Origin: Azolla caroliniana
Lineage: Eukaryota > Plantae > Polypodiophyta
Direction of reading: 5' to 3'
Length of the DNA: 64,000 bases
Assembly: GCA_043228905.1 (NCBI GenBank)
Contig: JBHGNT010000001.1
Location: 15,562,001 to 15,626,000, forward strand
A model generated the notes under the pieces. That model was not told the DNA's origin. It saw nothing but the letters and a program-made list of their open reading frames with translations, and did not search any database. A program made the position numbers and the translations under genes. This document shows, one piece after another, positions 12,388-22,711 of this stretch; position 1 is the first letter of the stretch, and each line of letters starts with the position of its first letter.

Positions 12388-14049
12388 TCATTTATCATAG
12401 CTCTTTGCCGGGCATTGATTACTATAATGTCCTTCTTGTCGGCAATAGTAGCAATATGCTTTTCGGGTAGTGCTGGATTCGGCGTTGTTTCCTGCCCCCG
12501 GTGGAGGACCTGTGGTAACGACGGGGCTTTGATCCGGTTGGCTGCTTGCGGCGCCCTTCTCCGGTTCCCGTAGGTAACCCCTTTTCTTGAAATGGCGTTT
12601 CTTTTTGTTCTGATACTCTTGACGAGGCTGGTCATCATGTCTCCCATAGGCCTCCCGTCGTTGGTTGTAACCGGGGGATTGGTCCCGATTGTATCTTTCA
12701 TACCGTCCATTATAATCCCGGTACCGATCATATCTCTCATACCGGTCATAGTTGTCCCTATACAGGACATCCTGTGCTGGTCGGTATCGCTCTTCTCGAC
12801 TCCAACGTTCTTCTTCCTCCTCCTTGGTACTCCGTGGTTCGATTTGCTGAACCGGTGGTGCTTGGCGATTCAACAAATTGTACTCGCACTGCTCCATTGT
12901 GTGGTTCCGGGAATGGCACAATAGACATTGCGACCGCATGGTACATTCTAGTGCTGAGTGCCCGACATTTAGGCTTGTTGTGCATTGAATGGCCTGTCGA
13001 AACCGGAGATCCTCATCGGTTGGTAATGCTCGTTGGAGTGCTCCCATTGTTAGCCAAGAGCTTGTTTTCTCCATTTCTCTAACCCGGTCGATGACCTGGT
13101 CGACGATACTTGTGCGAAAGTCGATGACCGTGCATACCGTTCGTAGAGGTTCTCGGAGCGCGGCTAAGAATATAGCCCGTGTTTCTTCCTCTGCAGGTGT
13201 TTGGGTAAGCTCACTGTGCATCCGTTGAAACCGGATGACAAACTGCGGAATGCTCTCCCCAAGGTCCTGCCGGATGGTATAAAATAGGCCCACCATTTCT
13301 CTCTGGTCCACCTCCTTCTGAAAGAAGTGCAAGAATTTATCTTTCAGGTCCGCAAAGGTGGTGATGGTGCTGGGGTCCTGCGTCTGGTGCCATCTAGCGG
13401 CCGGTCCTTCCAATGTCACGCCAAATTCGGCTATCTTAGATCGTTCCTCTTCGGCCGCGGTTAATCGTTGTGACACATGGTTCGCCTCCCATGTTTGTTG
13501 AAACGCGTAAACATGAGCCTCCGCGTCCGGGTCATCCCTATACTTGGGGTACTGGAACGACATGTTGTCGTCCGGTGTCGGTACACGGGCTGGCGGTGTC
13601 GGTGGTCTTTCCTGCTGTTCCGTCGGCGTCGGAGGTCGTTGCTGGTCCTCTATCGGAGTCGGAGGTCCTTGCCGGTCTTCCTTTGGTGTTGCCGGCTCGA
13701 CTTCCGGTGTCGGAGGTCTTTCTTTGTCTTCTTTCGTCTCCGGAGGTTGCTCCACGTCTAGTGTCGGAGGTTCCCGGTCTGACACTTTTGGTTCCGGTGT
13801 CGGTAATGTATCCGACTCCTCGTCCTCCGGTCCTCCTGGGGTGTTGTTACTGCTGCGACAGTTCGTGTGCGCGCTGTAACCCCCTTCCGAATCCGATTCC
13901 AACGCCGAAAACGCTTCGGATTCGCCGTCTCTTCCGGACAAGGCCTGGAGAAGGGATTCCGCTTCCCGGAGGCTACTTAAGCTGCTTCCTTCGTCCGGGT
14001 AAGCGTTTTGTTGCAGATGGAGCAACTCCTCTACTACTTTCTGGATCAC
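12388..14049 (-). CDS. gag: gag of element A with Pro-rich RPPTP repeats and CCHC knuckles
   Basis: 553-aa ORF with a capsid-like region (LEGPAARW), CLLCHSRNHTMEQC and CYYCRQEGHYSNQC; in frame with pol across one TGA. Confidence 0.9.
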   Translation of the reverse strand: MIQKVVEELLHLQQNAYPDEGSSLSSLREAESLLQALSGRDGESEAFSALESDSEGGYSAHTNCRSSNNTPGGPEDEESDTLPTPEPKVSDREPPTLDVEQPPETKEDKERPPTPEVEPATPKEDRQGPPTPIEDQQRPPTPTEQQERPPTPPARVPTPDDNMSFQYPKYRDDPDAEAHVYAFQQTWEANHVSQRLTAAEEERSKIAEFGVTLEGPAARWHQTQDPSTITTFADLKDKFLHFFQKEVDQREMVGLFYTIRQDLGESIPQFVIRFQRMHSELTQTPAEEETRAIFLAALREPLRTVCTVIDFRTSIVDQVIDRVREMEKTSSWLTMGALQRALPTDEDLRFRQAIQCTTSLNVGHSALECTMRSQCLLCHSRNHTMEQCEYNLLNRQAPPVQQIEPRSTKEEEEERWSREERYRPAQDVLYRDNYDRYERYDRYRDYNGRYERYNRDQSPGYNQRREAYGRHDDQPRQEYQNKKKRHFKKRGYLREPEKGAASSQPDQSPVVTTGPPPGAGNNAESSTTRKAYCYYCRQEGHYSNQCPAKSYDK

Positions 14050-14204
14050 TTTGGAAAATGATCGATCCGATCAGATTTCTTCCGCCGCTTGCTGGAAAGC
14101 CTCTCGCCGCCTTCGCCGTTCAGCAAGTCTTCGTGCTCTCTCCGTAACCGGGTCGTCTGTTGGCCTAGTCATCCATTCCCGCCGCTGTTCACTGCGATTG
14201 TGCA

Positions 14205-14220
14205 GGAATCGTGCTCACCA
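14205..14220 (-). promoter_or_regulatory. Primer-binding site of element A (tRNA unassigned)
   Basis: Minus strand reads LTR end, CAGTTTT spacer, then TGGTGAGCACGATTCC; Athila-like spacing. Confidence 0.6.
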
Positions 14221-14227
14221 AAAACTG

Positions 14228-14686
14228 TGTTAATCCTTTGGGCCGGACAACAGCCCAACACAAGGTGTCCACTTAAGACACTTCACCAAAGGGTGTTACG
14301 ACGAGATAACGTACGACACAACGCTTGATTGGACCTTAGTCGGTTACTTAGCAATACATCATTAACATGCGTAAGATATACAATAAGCACAGAATGGTGA
14401 ACAATACTCAATGATTAAGCAAAAGGTTTATATTACTCTCCAACAATGACTACATTATAACCGGGCCTTTATATAGGTCACCAGTGCGAAGTACAAAACG
14501 GTGCCAACCGGCACCTTTTCGGGATCGGTCCGGATCTGGATCGGCATACCAATTCCGGTCCGTCCGTCCACATCTTCTCATATATTAATATATTAAGATT
14601 AATAATTACAACAGATTCCTAAATAACAATTCCCCTTTTCACACCCTGGTCTTGACGTCCTTAGCTTCTTTGCCAGCCGGGTAACA
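14228..14686 (-). repeat. 5' LTR of element A
   Basis: TG...CA ends; minus-strand TATA box CCTATATAAAGG at ~14466-14477. Confidence 0.93.
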
Positions 14687-14691
14687 GAGAT

Positions 14692-15554
14692 TGGTCACAC
14701 TACGAAAATCTGGATCGAGAAATCAAATAGTACGAACGTTGACCAAATGCACACTAAAATGCAGGCTATCCCCATCGGCAACACTTATCCATTGGTCACC
14801 ACGGATCGTCCCGAAGATGACACGATCTAGCCGGCATTAACCAGTTTTCAAAGATCGATGCCCCTCAACAAGCTTTTACGCCTCCTCTCCCACTTCAAGG
14901 AAACAGTCGAATCCCTGATCGGCCGCAAGGAATGCTCGAGCACGCCTTGGAGGTCATTCTAGGTAGCCATACCTTTACAATCTTGGAAATTGTATTGTGC
15001 CTCGAAGCCCCCGACGTCTATCCAATGTTGCTTGGGCAACCTTGGCTACAAATGGTCAACATTAAGCTGAACTAGTAGCACAATGTTATATCCTTCTGAC
15101 GTGGCAAGTCCAAGATCCACATGCCCACTGACGAAGGCTTGACAACGATGCAGGACACAACCCCCCTCTATGCTGAAGGCGTCCACATGCTAGAGGGGTT
15201 GGCTGATGAAGAAGTCTATTGTTACCTTGAGGACCATCCCAAGATAGTCCCTCTGTTCGATATTGATGTCTTCGAAGCTGTGAGCTCATATGTGTTAGGC
15301 ACAGTGGCTGAGGCTCAAGATACCTTCCGAGAGCCTGACCTAAAGTCCGTGGATGAACTTCGCCATGCCCGAAAACCTTGGAAAGTGAATTAGAGATTTC
15401 CCAATGAGTGAAGGCATCGACACTTGAAGAAATCGATCTCAAAACAATCAAGGAAACTCAACCATTAAAAATCGCCAAGGAAGTTGCACCCACCGAAAGA
15501 TTGGCATTGGTGACCTTGTTAAATGATTATAAAGATTTTTTCGCCTGGTCATAC
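14692..15554 (+). pseudogene. Older Athila-like gag-pol host fragment; continues at 17015-17165, 17816-17857, 22070-22188 and 45507-45534
   Basis: Peptides YPMLLGQPWL, MLEGLADEEV, FAWSY|NNMQGLEP...IDKL|...KQATWL|SLIVV...FPLPFT|VLDVV join across the insertions. Confidence 0.85.
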
Positions 15555-17014
15555 TGAAAGGGCGATGATAGAAATAAGAGATAAAGAAGATATATACATA
15601 CAAAACAACAAAGATCTATTGATAATGAATGATCACACTACATGAATGGGAAAGAAAACAAAACAAGAAGTAGACTAAGAACCCCTCACCTTACTCTTCT
15701 TGCTTTATATAAAAGACTTTTCTACTATATAACCTCCCCTTGCTTTCTTTTTCACACTTCTTTTAGAACTTTTCCATCTCTTATTTTTAACTATGACACA
15801 ACGAACTTCTAATCTTTATATCTCCCTCATCCGAGCTCTAAATTTAGAGATTTTAAAAGCTAGAAATAGCTCTCTTTACAGCTATCGTCATTGTTTTATC
15901 GACTCCCATTCGCATCACTTTTCGTTGTGTATCATAAATTTGACACATTTGTAGAAGAGTTTGAAAATTGGTTGGATCCTTCAAATTCGCCTCCATTGTA
16001 AAGTAAGGATTCAAGCCCGCCTTAAAGTGATCCATCTTGAAGCACTCGTCCTATACGCCTCCTCGTAGACGGATCCATGTTGACAAAAGCTCATTGAACA
16101 CCATCTTGTACTCAGAATACTCTAGTGCATGACGACGTCAGATGAACCTGCTTCAAAATTATTGATTGAGCAATTGGTAGTTGCTTTGTTGGTTGGGAGG
16201 TAGTGACTCATACCACTCTCGGGCCCTTGAGTAGAAAGTTGCCACCAACAAGGGAAGTTTCTCTATGTCATTCACAGTCCCAATTGAAACCGCGTGATGC
16301 TCGAAGGATGCCAAAAAAGCTCTTGCATCCAGAACACCATCACTTGCAAAGGCAAATTGAAAATCCATATCCACGTAATTCTATGACACAATCAAGCTTC
16401 CCAAGATGTGGAAAAGATCAGCCCTCTCTAGAGTGCCAAAATGATAGTGTGATGATAGAAAGAAGAGATAAAGAATATATATAGATCCAAAACAATGAAG
16501 ATCTATTGATAATGAATGATCATGATGGAAGGAAGAGAGAAATATCATACATAAATCCAAATCTACAAAGATATATTGATAACAACTCAACCACACTACA
16601 TCTCTCTCATCCGAGCTCTAAATTTAGAGATTTAAAAAGCTACAGATAACTCTCTTTACAAGCTTTCCAACCTATATTTGAACATGATATTTGGAGAAAG
16701 ATTAATCGTCATATCTCCCTCATCCGAGCTCCAAATGTAGAGATTTAAAAAGCTACAGATAGCTCTCTTTACAATCTTTCCAACTTATATTTGAACATGA
16801 TATTTGGCTTCCAAACGAAACTGTTATGAACATTTGTTTCAGACTATGTTTTGGTGGCCCGCTTTTTTTTTATTTTACTTTTCTCCATGTTTCTTACTTT
16901 TAATTTGACTTATCCTCAAGACCTTGGTTCGTGTTCTTGCCCTCCGGATGTGAATACTCCATACCTTATATTCTTGCAGTGTTCAATACCTTGAATTCAA
17001 AAAACACTTTCACA
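15555..17014 (-). mobile_element. Internally deleted LTR retrotransposon retaining only a gag fragment
   Basis: TSD CATAC (15550-15554, 17015-17019); LTR-like direct repeats 15555-15880 and ~16442 onward; PBS-like TGGCACTCTAGAG (minus, ~16426-16438); gag-like ORFs 16159-16374 and 15853-16035; ~110-bp tandem duplication at 16600-16805. Confidence 0.75.
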
Positions 17015-17165
17015 CATACAACAATATGCAAGGCCTTGAACCATGCTACTACCAACATAAAATTCACTTGAATCAGGACGCCAGACCGGTGCAACAACGG
17101 TGATACGGAATGAATCCTAGTCATGCGGCCAAGGTAAAGGAAGCAATTGACAAACTACACCACGT

Positions 17166-17815
17166 TGTCCTAGTGTAATTCGCACACTACGTGAAATACG
17201 TAAAAAATATATCCGATTGTAGTACGCATAATTAAATAAAAGAAAATATTAAAAATATTGTTACATGCATAGGGCAAGATTCGAACCCTATACCTCCATG
17301 TTAACGATTTTAAAGCCTTACCACTATACTAGCATATTATGAGTTTTAGTGTTATACTAAACTTTATGCCATGTAAATATTCTAGATAAGCATGATAGAA
17401 AAAGTTATTCATGCATACACACTCGAGTTAAAAGAAAAGATGTGATAGATAGCTAATCATGCACATGTAGTGTGTATGAAAACTAAAGTTAGAAAACGCA
17501 TGATGCTTGTTTGTGATAAACTTAGACTCTTCCATCACTATATAAGGAAGAGAGAAAGATGTATATGGTTGTTGATTTTTTATAAGGGTGGATGAATATA
17601 AAATATTCATGGGATTCACGATTTTGCCATCTATTTCTCTCTTACAATCTAAGTATCAATTAATACACTATACTCGTGGGATTCACGATTTTCATATCTT
17701 CTTCTTGCAATCTTTTCCTAACTAACATTATCTCATATTCTTCTTTCTCCTAGTCCAAAACTCTTGCGGTTCCCACCTGACTCATGCAAACGATCCGACG
17801 TCGAAAGGCATGACA
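17166..17815 (+). mobile_element. Solo LTR related to the tRNA-Trp Gypsy family
   Basis: TGTC...GACA, similar along its length to 41625-42354; 4-bp TSD ACGT on both sides. Confidence 0.85.
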
Positions 17816-17857
17816 ACGTTGCGTTTATTCGAACCATCAAGCAAGCCACATGGCTTA

Positions 17858-20800
17858 GAACACCTTTGCATTCACAAGTGGAAGGATTGCGCATTCCACT
17901 TATAGATTCCTTTTATAATCTTGCGATTTTAGACAATTTCCAAAAACTTGATACACCAGTATCACATGCTTTAAATAGCATGTAAATTTTGCTAATTTTT
18001 TGAGATTTAACAAATTTCAAAATGATAATTTCTAAAATTGAATAGTTTAGGGATAAATGTTTAAATTTTGATGGTTTGCAGATATGAAATGTAGTTAACT
18101 TAAAGAAAATCACAATTATGGTCAACTCAAGGCACAAGTTAAGATTAATGGTTTCACCATCTTGAGAAGATTAAGGTTACATCTATTGTTAGACTTGAAA
18201 ATGTTTTAAGTATAAAATGTAATATTGCAATCCTTAATGTCATCATCTATAAATTAGTGCTCATTAACATCCATAAATTCACAACTCAAGAAATGTAGAC
18301 AATATTCATAAACAATTTTGATAAATCCACAACTCCTAAAATGTAGACGATATTCATAAACTGTCAAACTTTAGATGTGAACATTAATATATCAATTTGA
18401 ACATAACACATAGTTATTAGGGTATCTACAATGTTATAATCTCCTTCCTTATAAGAATTCCCCTTCAAAATTTGTGAAGTAAATGGCATTTGCAAAGTTC
18501 AATTACCATCAACACAATTATTAATGGCTTTCTTCTAATAAATGAAGCACATATTTACCATAAGGTATCTTGTTGTGCAACATACATCTTTAAAAAACCT
18601 CTTTTATTTGAAAAACAACAAGAGTTTTAAACATGAACACGATATGTTGTATTGAATTGACGTAAAAAATAGAGTTCTCATCATAACTCTATACAATATA
18701 TTGAATTCATGTTCAAAGTTTTTTTACCGGATTTAAAAATAAAAATAAAAATAAATTAAGCTTGAGTTCATAGAAAAACCAAATTTTTCATCACAATTCA
18801 ATACAATGTATTGAGTTCATGTTTAAAGTAATTTTTTCTAATTCTTAAAAAAACATTTTCAATTTGTTTCAATTTTTTTTGTTTTGTTTATTTTTTATGG
18901 AAAAAAAAATAATTTTAAACATGAACTTGATACATTGTATCGACTTGTGATAAAAACTCTGGTTTTTTCATCACTTATTAAAGCTCAAAAACAAAATTCT
19001 AAGACAGAGACAAAATTAGTACTAAGAGAGAAATATTAGTACTAAGAAGAATTTAAGGTGTAGAACACTTGAGAAAAGAAGAGATAGAGAGAGTGTGACA
19101 GAGAGAGGGACTAAGAGGGAATGATGATGACAGCGATATACTATGTGACAAGAATATACAAGGAACACTCGATATAGTAAAAATGAAAATAAATTTTATA
19201 TATTACAATGTATGGTCTAATGGTCAAGAGCTCGACCTATGTAGCATAAGGTCATGGGTTTGAGTCCTACCATATCATGACATGAGTTAATCTAACTCTT
19301 TTACATGAACTCGATACGGCGTATCGAGTTCATGTCGAAAAGCTAACTTTTTTACATGAACTCGATACGCCGTATCGAGTTCATGTTTAAAGTTTTATTT
19401 CAGATTTTTTAAAATAAATAATTACATTTTTTTCCTATTTTATTTTGGTATTTTGTTTTTTTTTCTAAAAATAATTAAGCTTTAATAAGTGATGAAAATA
19501 ATATTTTATGTATTAAAATGTATGGTGTAATGGTCAAGAGCTCGACCCATGTAGCATAAGGTCATGGGTTTTGAGTCCTACCATATCATTACATGAACTA
19601 AGCTAACCTTTTTACATGAACTTGATACGGCGTATCGAGTTCATGTTTAAAGTTTTATTTCAGATTTTTTAAATAAATAATTACATTTTTTCCTATTTTA
19701 TTTTGGTGTTTTGTTTTTTTTCTAAAAAATAATATGCTTTAATAAGCGATGAAAATAATGTTTTATGTATTACAATGTATGGTCTAATGGTCAAAAGCTC
19801 GACCCATGTAGCGTAAGGTCATGGGTTCGATTCCTACCATATCATGACATGAACTAAGTTGCTTTTTTACATGAACTCGATACGGCGTATCGAGTTCATG
19901 TTTAAAGTTTTATTTCGGATTTTTAAAAAGAAAGAATTACATTTTTTCCTATTTTATTTTGGTGTTTTGTTTTTTTTCTAAAAGAAAATTACGCTTTAAT
20001 AAGCGATGAAAATAATATTTTATGTATTACAATGTATGGTCGAATGGTCAAAAGCTCGACCCATGTAGCGTAAGGTCATGGATTCGATTCCTACTATATC
20101 ATGACATGAACTAAATTAGCTTTTTTACATGAACTCAATACGGCGTATCGAGTTCATGTTGAAAAGCTAACTTTTTTACATGAACTCGATACGGCGTATC
20201 GAGTTCATGTTTAAAGTTTTATTTCGGATTTTTTTAAAATAAATAATTACATTTTTCCCTATTTTATTTTAGTGTTTTGTTTTTTTTCTAAAAAAAAATT
20301 ATGCTTTAATAATGATGAAAATAATATTTTATGTATTACAATGTATGGTCTAATGGTCAAAAGCTCGATCCATGTAGCGTAAGGTCATGGGTTCGATTCC
20401 TACCATATCATGACATGAACTAAGTTAGCTTTTTGTTTTTTTTCTAAAATTTTTTTTAGCTTTAATAAGTGATAAAAATAATGCTTGACCCATGTAGCAT
20501 AAGGTCATGGGTTTGAGTCCTACCATATCATGACATGAAAATTTTAATTTTGGATTTTTTTAAAGAAATAATTACATTTTTTTCTATTTTATTTTGGTAT
20601 TTTGTTTTTTTTTCTAAAACAAAATTGAGCTTTAATAAGTGATGAAAAAACTAGAGCTTATATCACAAGTCGATACAATGTATCAAATTGATGTTTAAAA
20701 AATAAAACAAAATCAATAAAAAATTGACAAAAATTGATAAAAATTGAAACAAAATTGAAAACAATTAAAAAAAATTACTTTAAGCATGAACTCAATACAT

Positions 20801-22069
20801 TATATCGAATTGTGATGAAAATTATGGTTTTCTAGATGAACTCAAGCACAATTTATTATTATCATTATTTTTTAAATCCAGTAAAAAAAACTTTGAGCAA
20901 GAATTCAATACATTGTATGGAATTATGATGAAAACTCTATTTTTTACATCAACTCGATACAATATATCGACTTAATGTTTAAAATCTTGTTGTTTTTCAA
21001 ATAAAAGAGGTTTTTTAAACAATAACTTGAATCGTACTAAAATGTTTGTTTTAACAAGAGAAAAAGATGCATATCGATAGTGCAAAAAAGTATGTTGTAC
21101 AACAAGATACTTTATGGTGAACATGTGCATCATTGATTAACAAAAAACTATTAATAATTGTGTTGATGGTAATTGAACCTTGCAAATGTCATTTACATGG
21201 TCCATAAAGTGTTCACATGGTTCTTAATCACTACTTACTGTTAATCTTTATAGTTGGAACGAAGGATGACAACACAAGCATAACTCAGATGACAAGGAAA
21301 ATTGCGAGAACTCAAGATGGGGATATCAATAGCTACACATGTAGATGGCCATGACCTACGGTACCAATTCTACATTGGTAAAGTTTTGGACGTGATGATG
21401 TATTAAACCTTTGTAATACATCTATCATTGACATTAATGAGGTGGATATCATTATGTATGAATTTACACAGACAAAAGTTGGATGTATAAGGACAACAAC
21501 GATATGCATAATAAAAGAGATATTAGCAAGTCTAGAACATATCTCAGATTGAAGGCGAAGAAGATTTATTGCACAAAATTTGGAGATACCATTTGGTGAA
21601 GACAATGATTTGATTGGTACATTGGAAGATGAGGAGGAAGAGTCACAATTGTATATTATCTATAGTAGTGATTCTCATGAAAAGAATGATGATAGTCATG
21701 CAAATAACTCCCAAATGTATTTGTTGTGCAACTATATGTAACAAATTTAGACAACATTTTATCGAATGGAATAAAAACGTTCATTGTTTTGAAATATTCT
21801 ACTTTGATTTCTTTAAGATCTAAAAACTTATTAGTTGTCATTTTTCTTTAAAAATCCACAAAGTTACTTTTCATATTTTACCCAAATTTGGCATTTTTCA
21901 ATTTTACCAAATGGTGAAATTTTCAACTTTTTCATCAAGTTTTGGAGAACATGTGATACTAGTATCAAGATGTTTTGTGAAATGGCAAAAAAACCCCCAA
22001 AATCAAACGGAATATTCCTTATCCTTCCACTTGTGCGCGATCCTTCCACTTGTGAACGCAAACGTGTTT
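17858..22069. mobile_element. Non-autonomous foldback/TIR DNA transposon with nested long inverted repeats
   Basis: Terminal IR GAACACCTTTGCATTCACAAGTGGAAGGAT vs ATCCTTCCACTTGTGAACGCAAACGTGTTT; inner IR ~18479-18985 vs ~20627-21197; splits host RT codons W-L|S at a TA (or TTA) duplication. Confidence 0.8.
19190..20640 (+). repeat. Tandem array of ~260-310 bp units, each with a tRNA-like head and a 33-bp hairpin
   Basis: Five full heads plus one truncated head (TGGTCTAATGG...GGTTCGATTCC); palindrome ACATGAACTCGATACG-G-CGTATCGAGTTCATGT six times, some copies with mismatches. Confidence 0.9.
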
Positions 22070-22711
22070 TAGCTTGATTGTCGTGATATCGAGGAAAAAT
22101 GGCAAGATCTGAGTTTGCGTGAACTATCAGAAACTGACCGCCGCAACCATCATCTATGCGTTCCCACTACCCTTCACTGGTGAGTCCTTGTTAAGAGTCT
22201 ATTATTAATCAATAGACCAAAGTAAAGTAAAAGAAGGAATATAGATTGGATAGAAGAACCCGTTCCACCCAACAACCCCCGAGCTATGATCTAGACATAG
22301 CCAACCTACCATCGACGTCCCATACCGCTGAATATTAGGATGACTAATACCTTGGAAAAGATAAACACGATCGTCGAGACGAAAGCCTAGCCCGCACCAC
22401 CGGTGTCTAAGACAACAACCTTGCGACGTAATGTCCCTATGAGGGTAGCTAAGCCTCATATTTATACCTTTTCCTAGGCCCCTTGAATAGATGTGCCTTT
22501 CTAAAAGGTTCTTCATTCATTGGTTGCCCAAATCATGATAGTGCATGCACATGTCATCCCTTCTATCCAATCACATTAGCCCCTTTTTAACATTAATGAA
22601 CATACCCTTCACTAATGTAAATATTAGTGACCTACCCTCACCAACGTTATGTGTACATAACATGCTCCCCTACTTTAAAAGATTGCACTCTTGCAATATA
22701 AAGTGAGGAAA

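Larger units (their letters stand above)
5026..14686 (-). mobile_element. Full-length decayed Athila-like (non-chromovirus) Ty3/Gypsy LTR retrotransposon (element A)
   Basis: Paired TG...CA LTRs at 5026-5394 and 14228-14686; perfect 5-bp TSD GAGAT (5021-5025, 14687-14691); gag-PR-RT-RH-INT order. Confidence 0.95.

Noticed and set aside
19300-20210. CRISPR-like array of 33-bp palindromic repeats
   Set aside because: Intervening sequences are themselves repeats of each other, spacing is ~18 or ~225 bp, there are no cas genes, and the context is eukaryotic TE DNA
19211-20413. Functional tRNA genes
   Set aside because: A and B boxes are present but acceptor and anticodon stems cannot be folded convincingly; reported as tRNA-like only
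22205-22516. Repeated small ORFs (also 45053-45262; 24132-24599 vs 41575-41772; 52230 vs 57379) as a gene family
   Set aside because: They recur only because they lie within LTR copies
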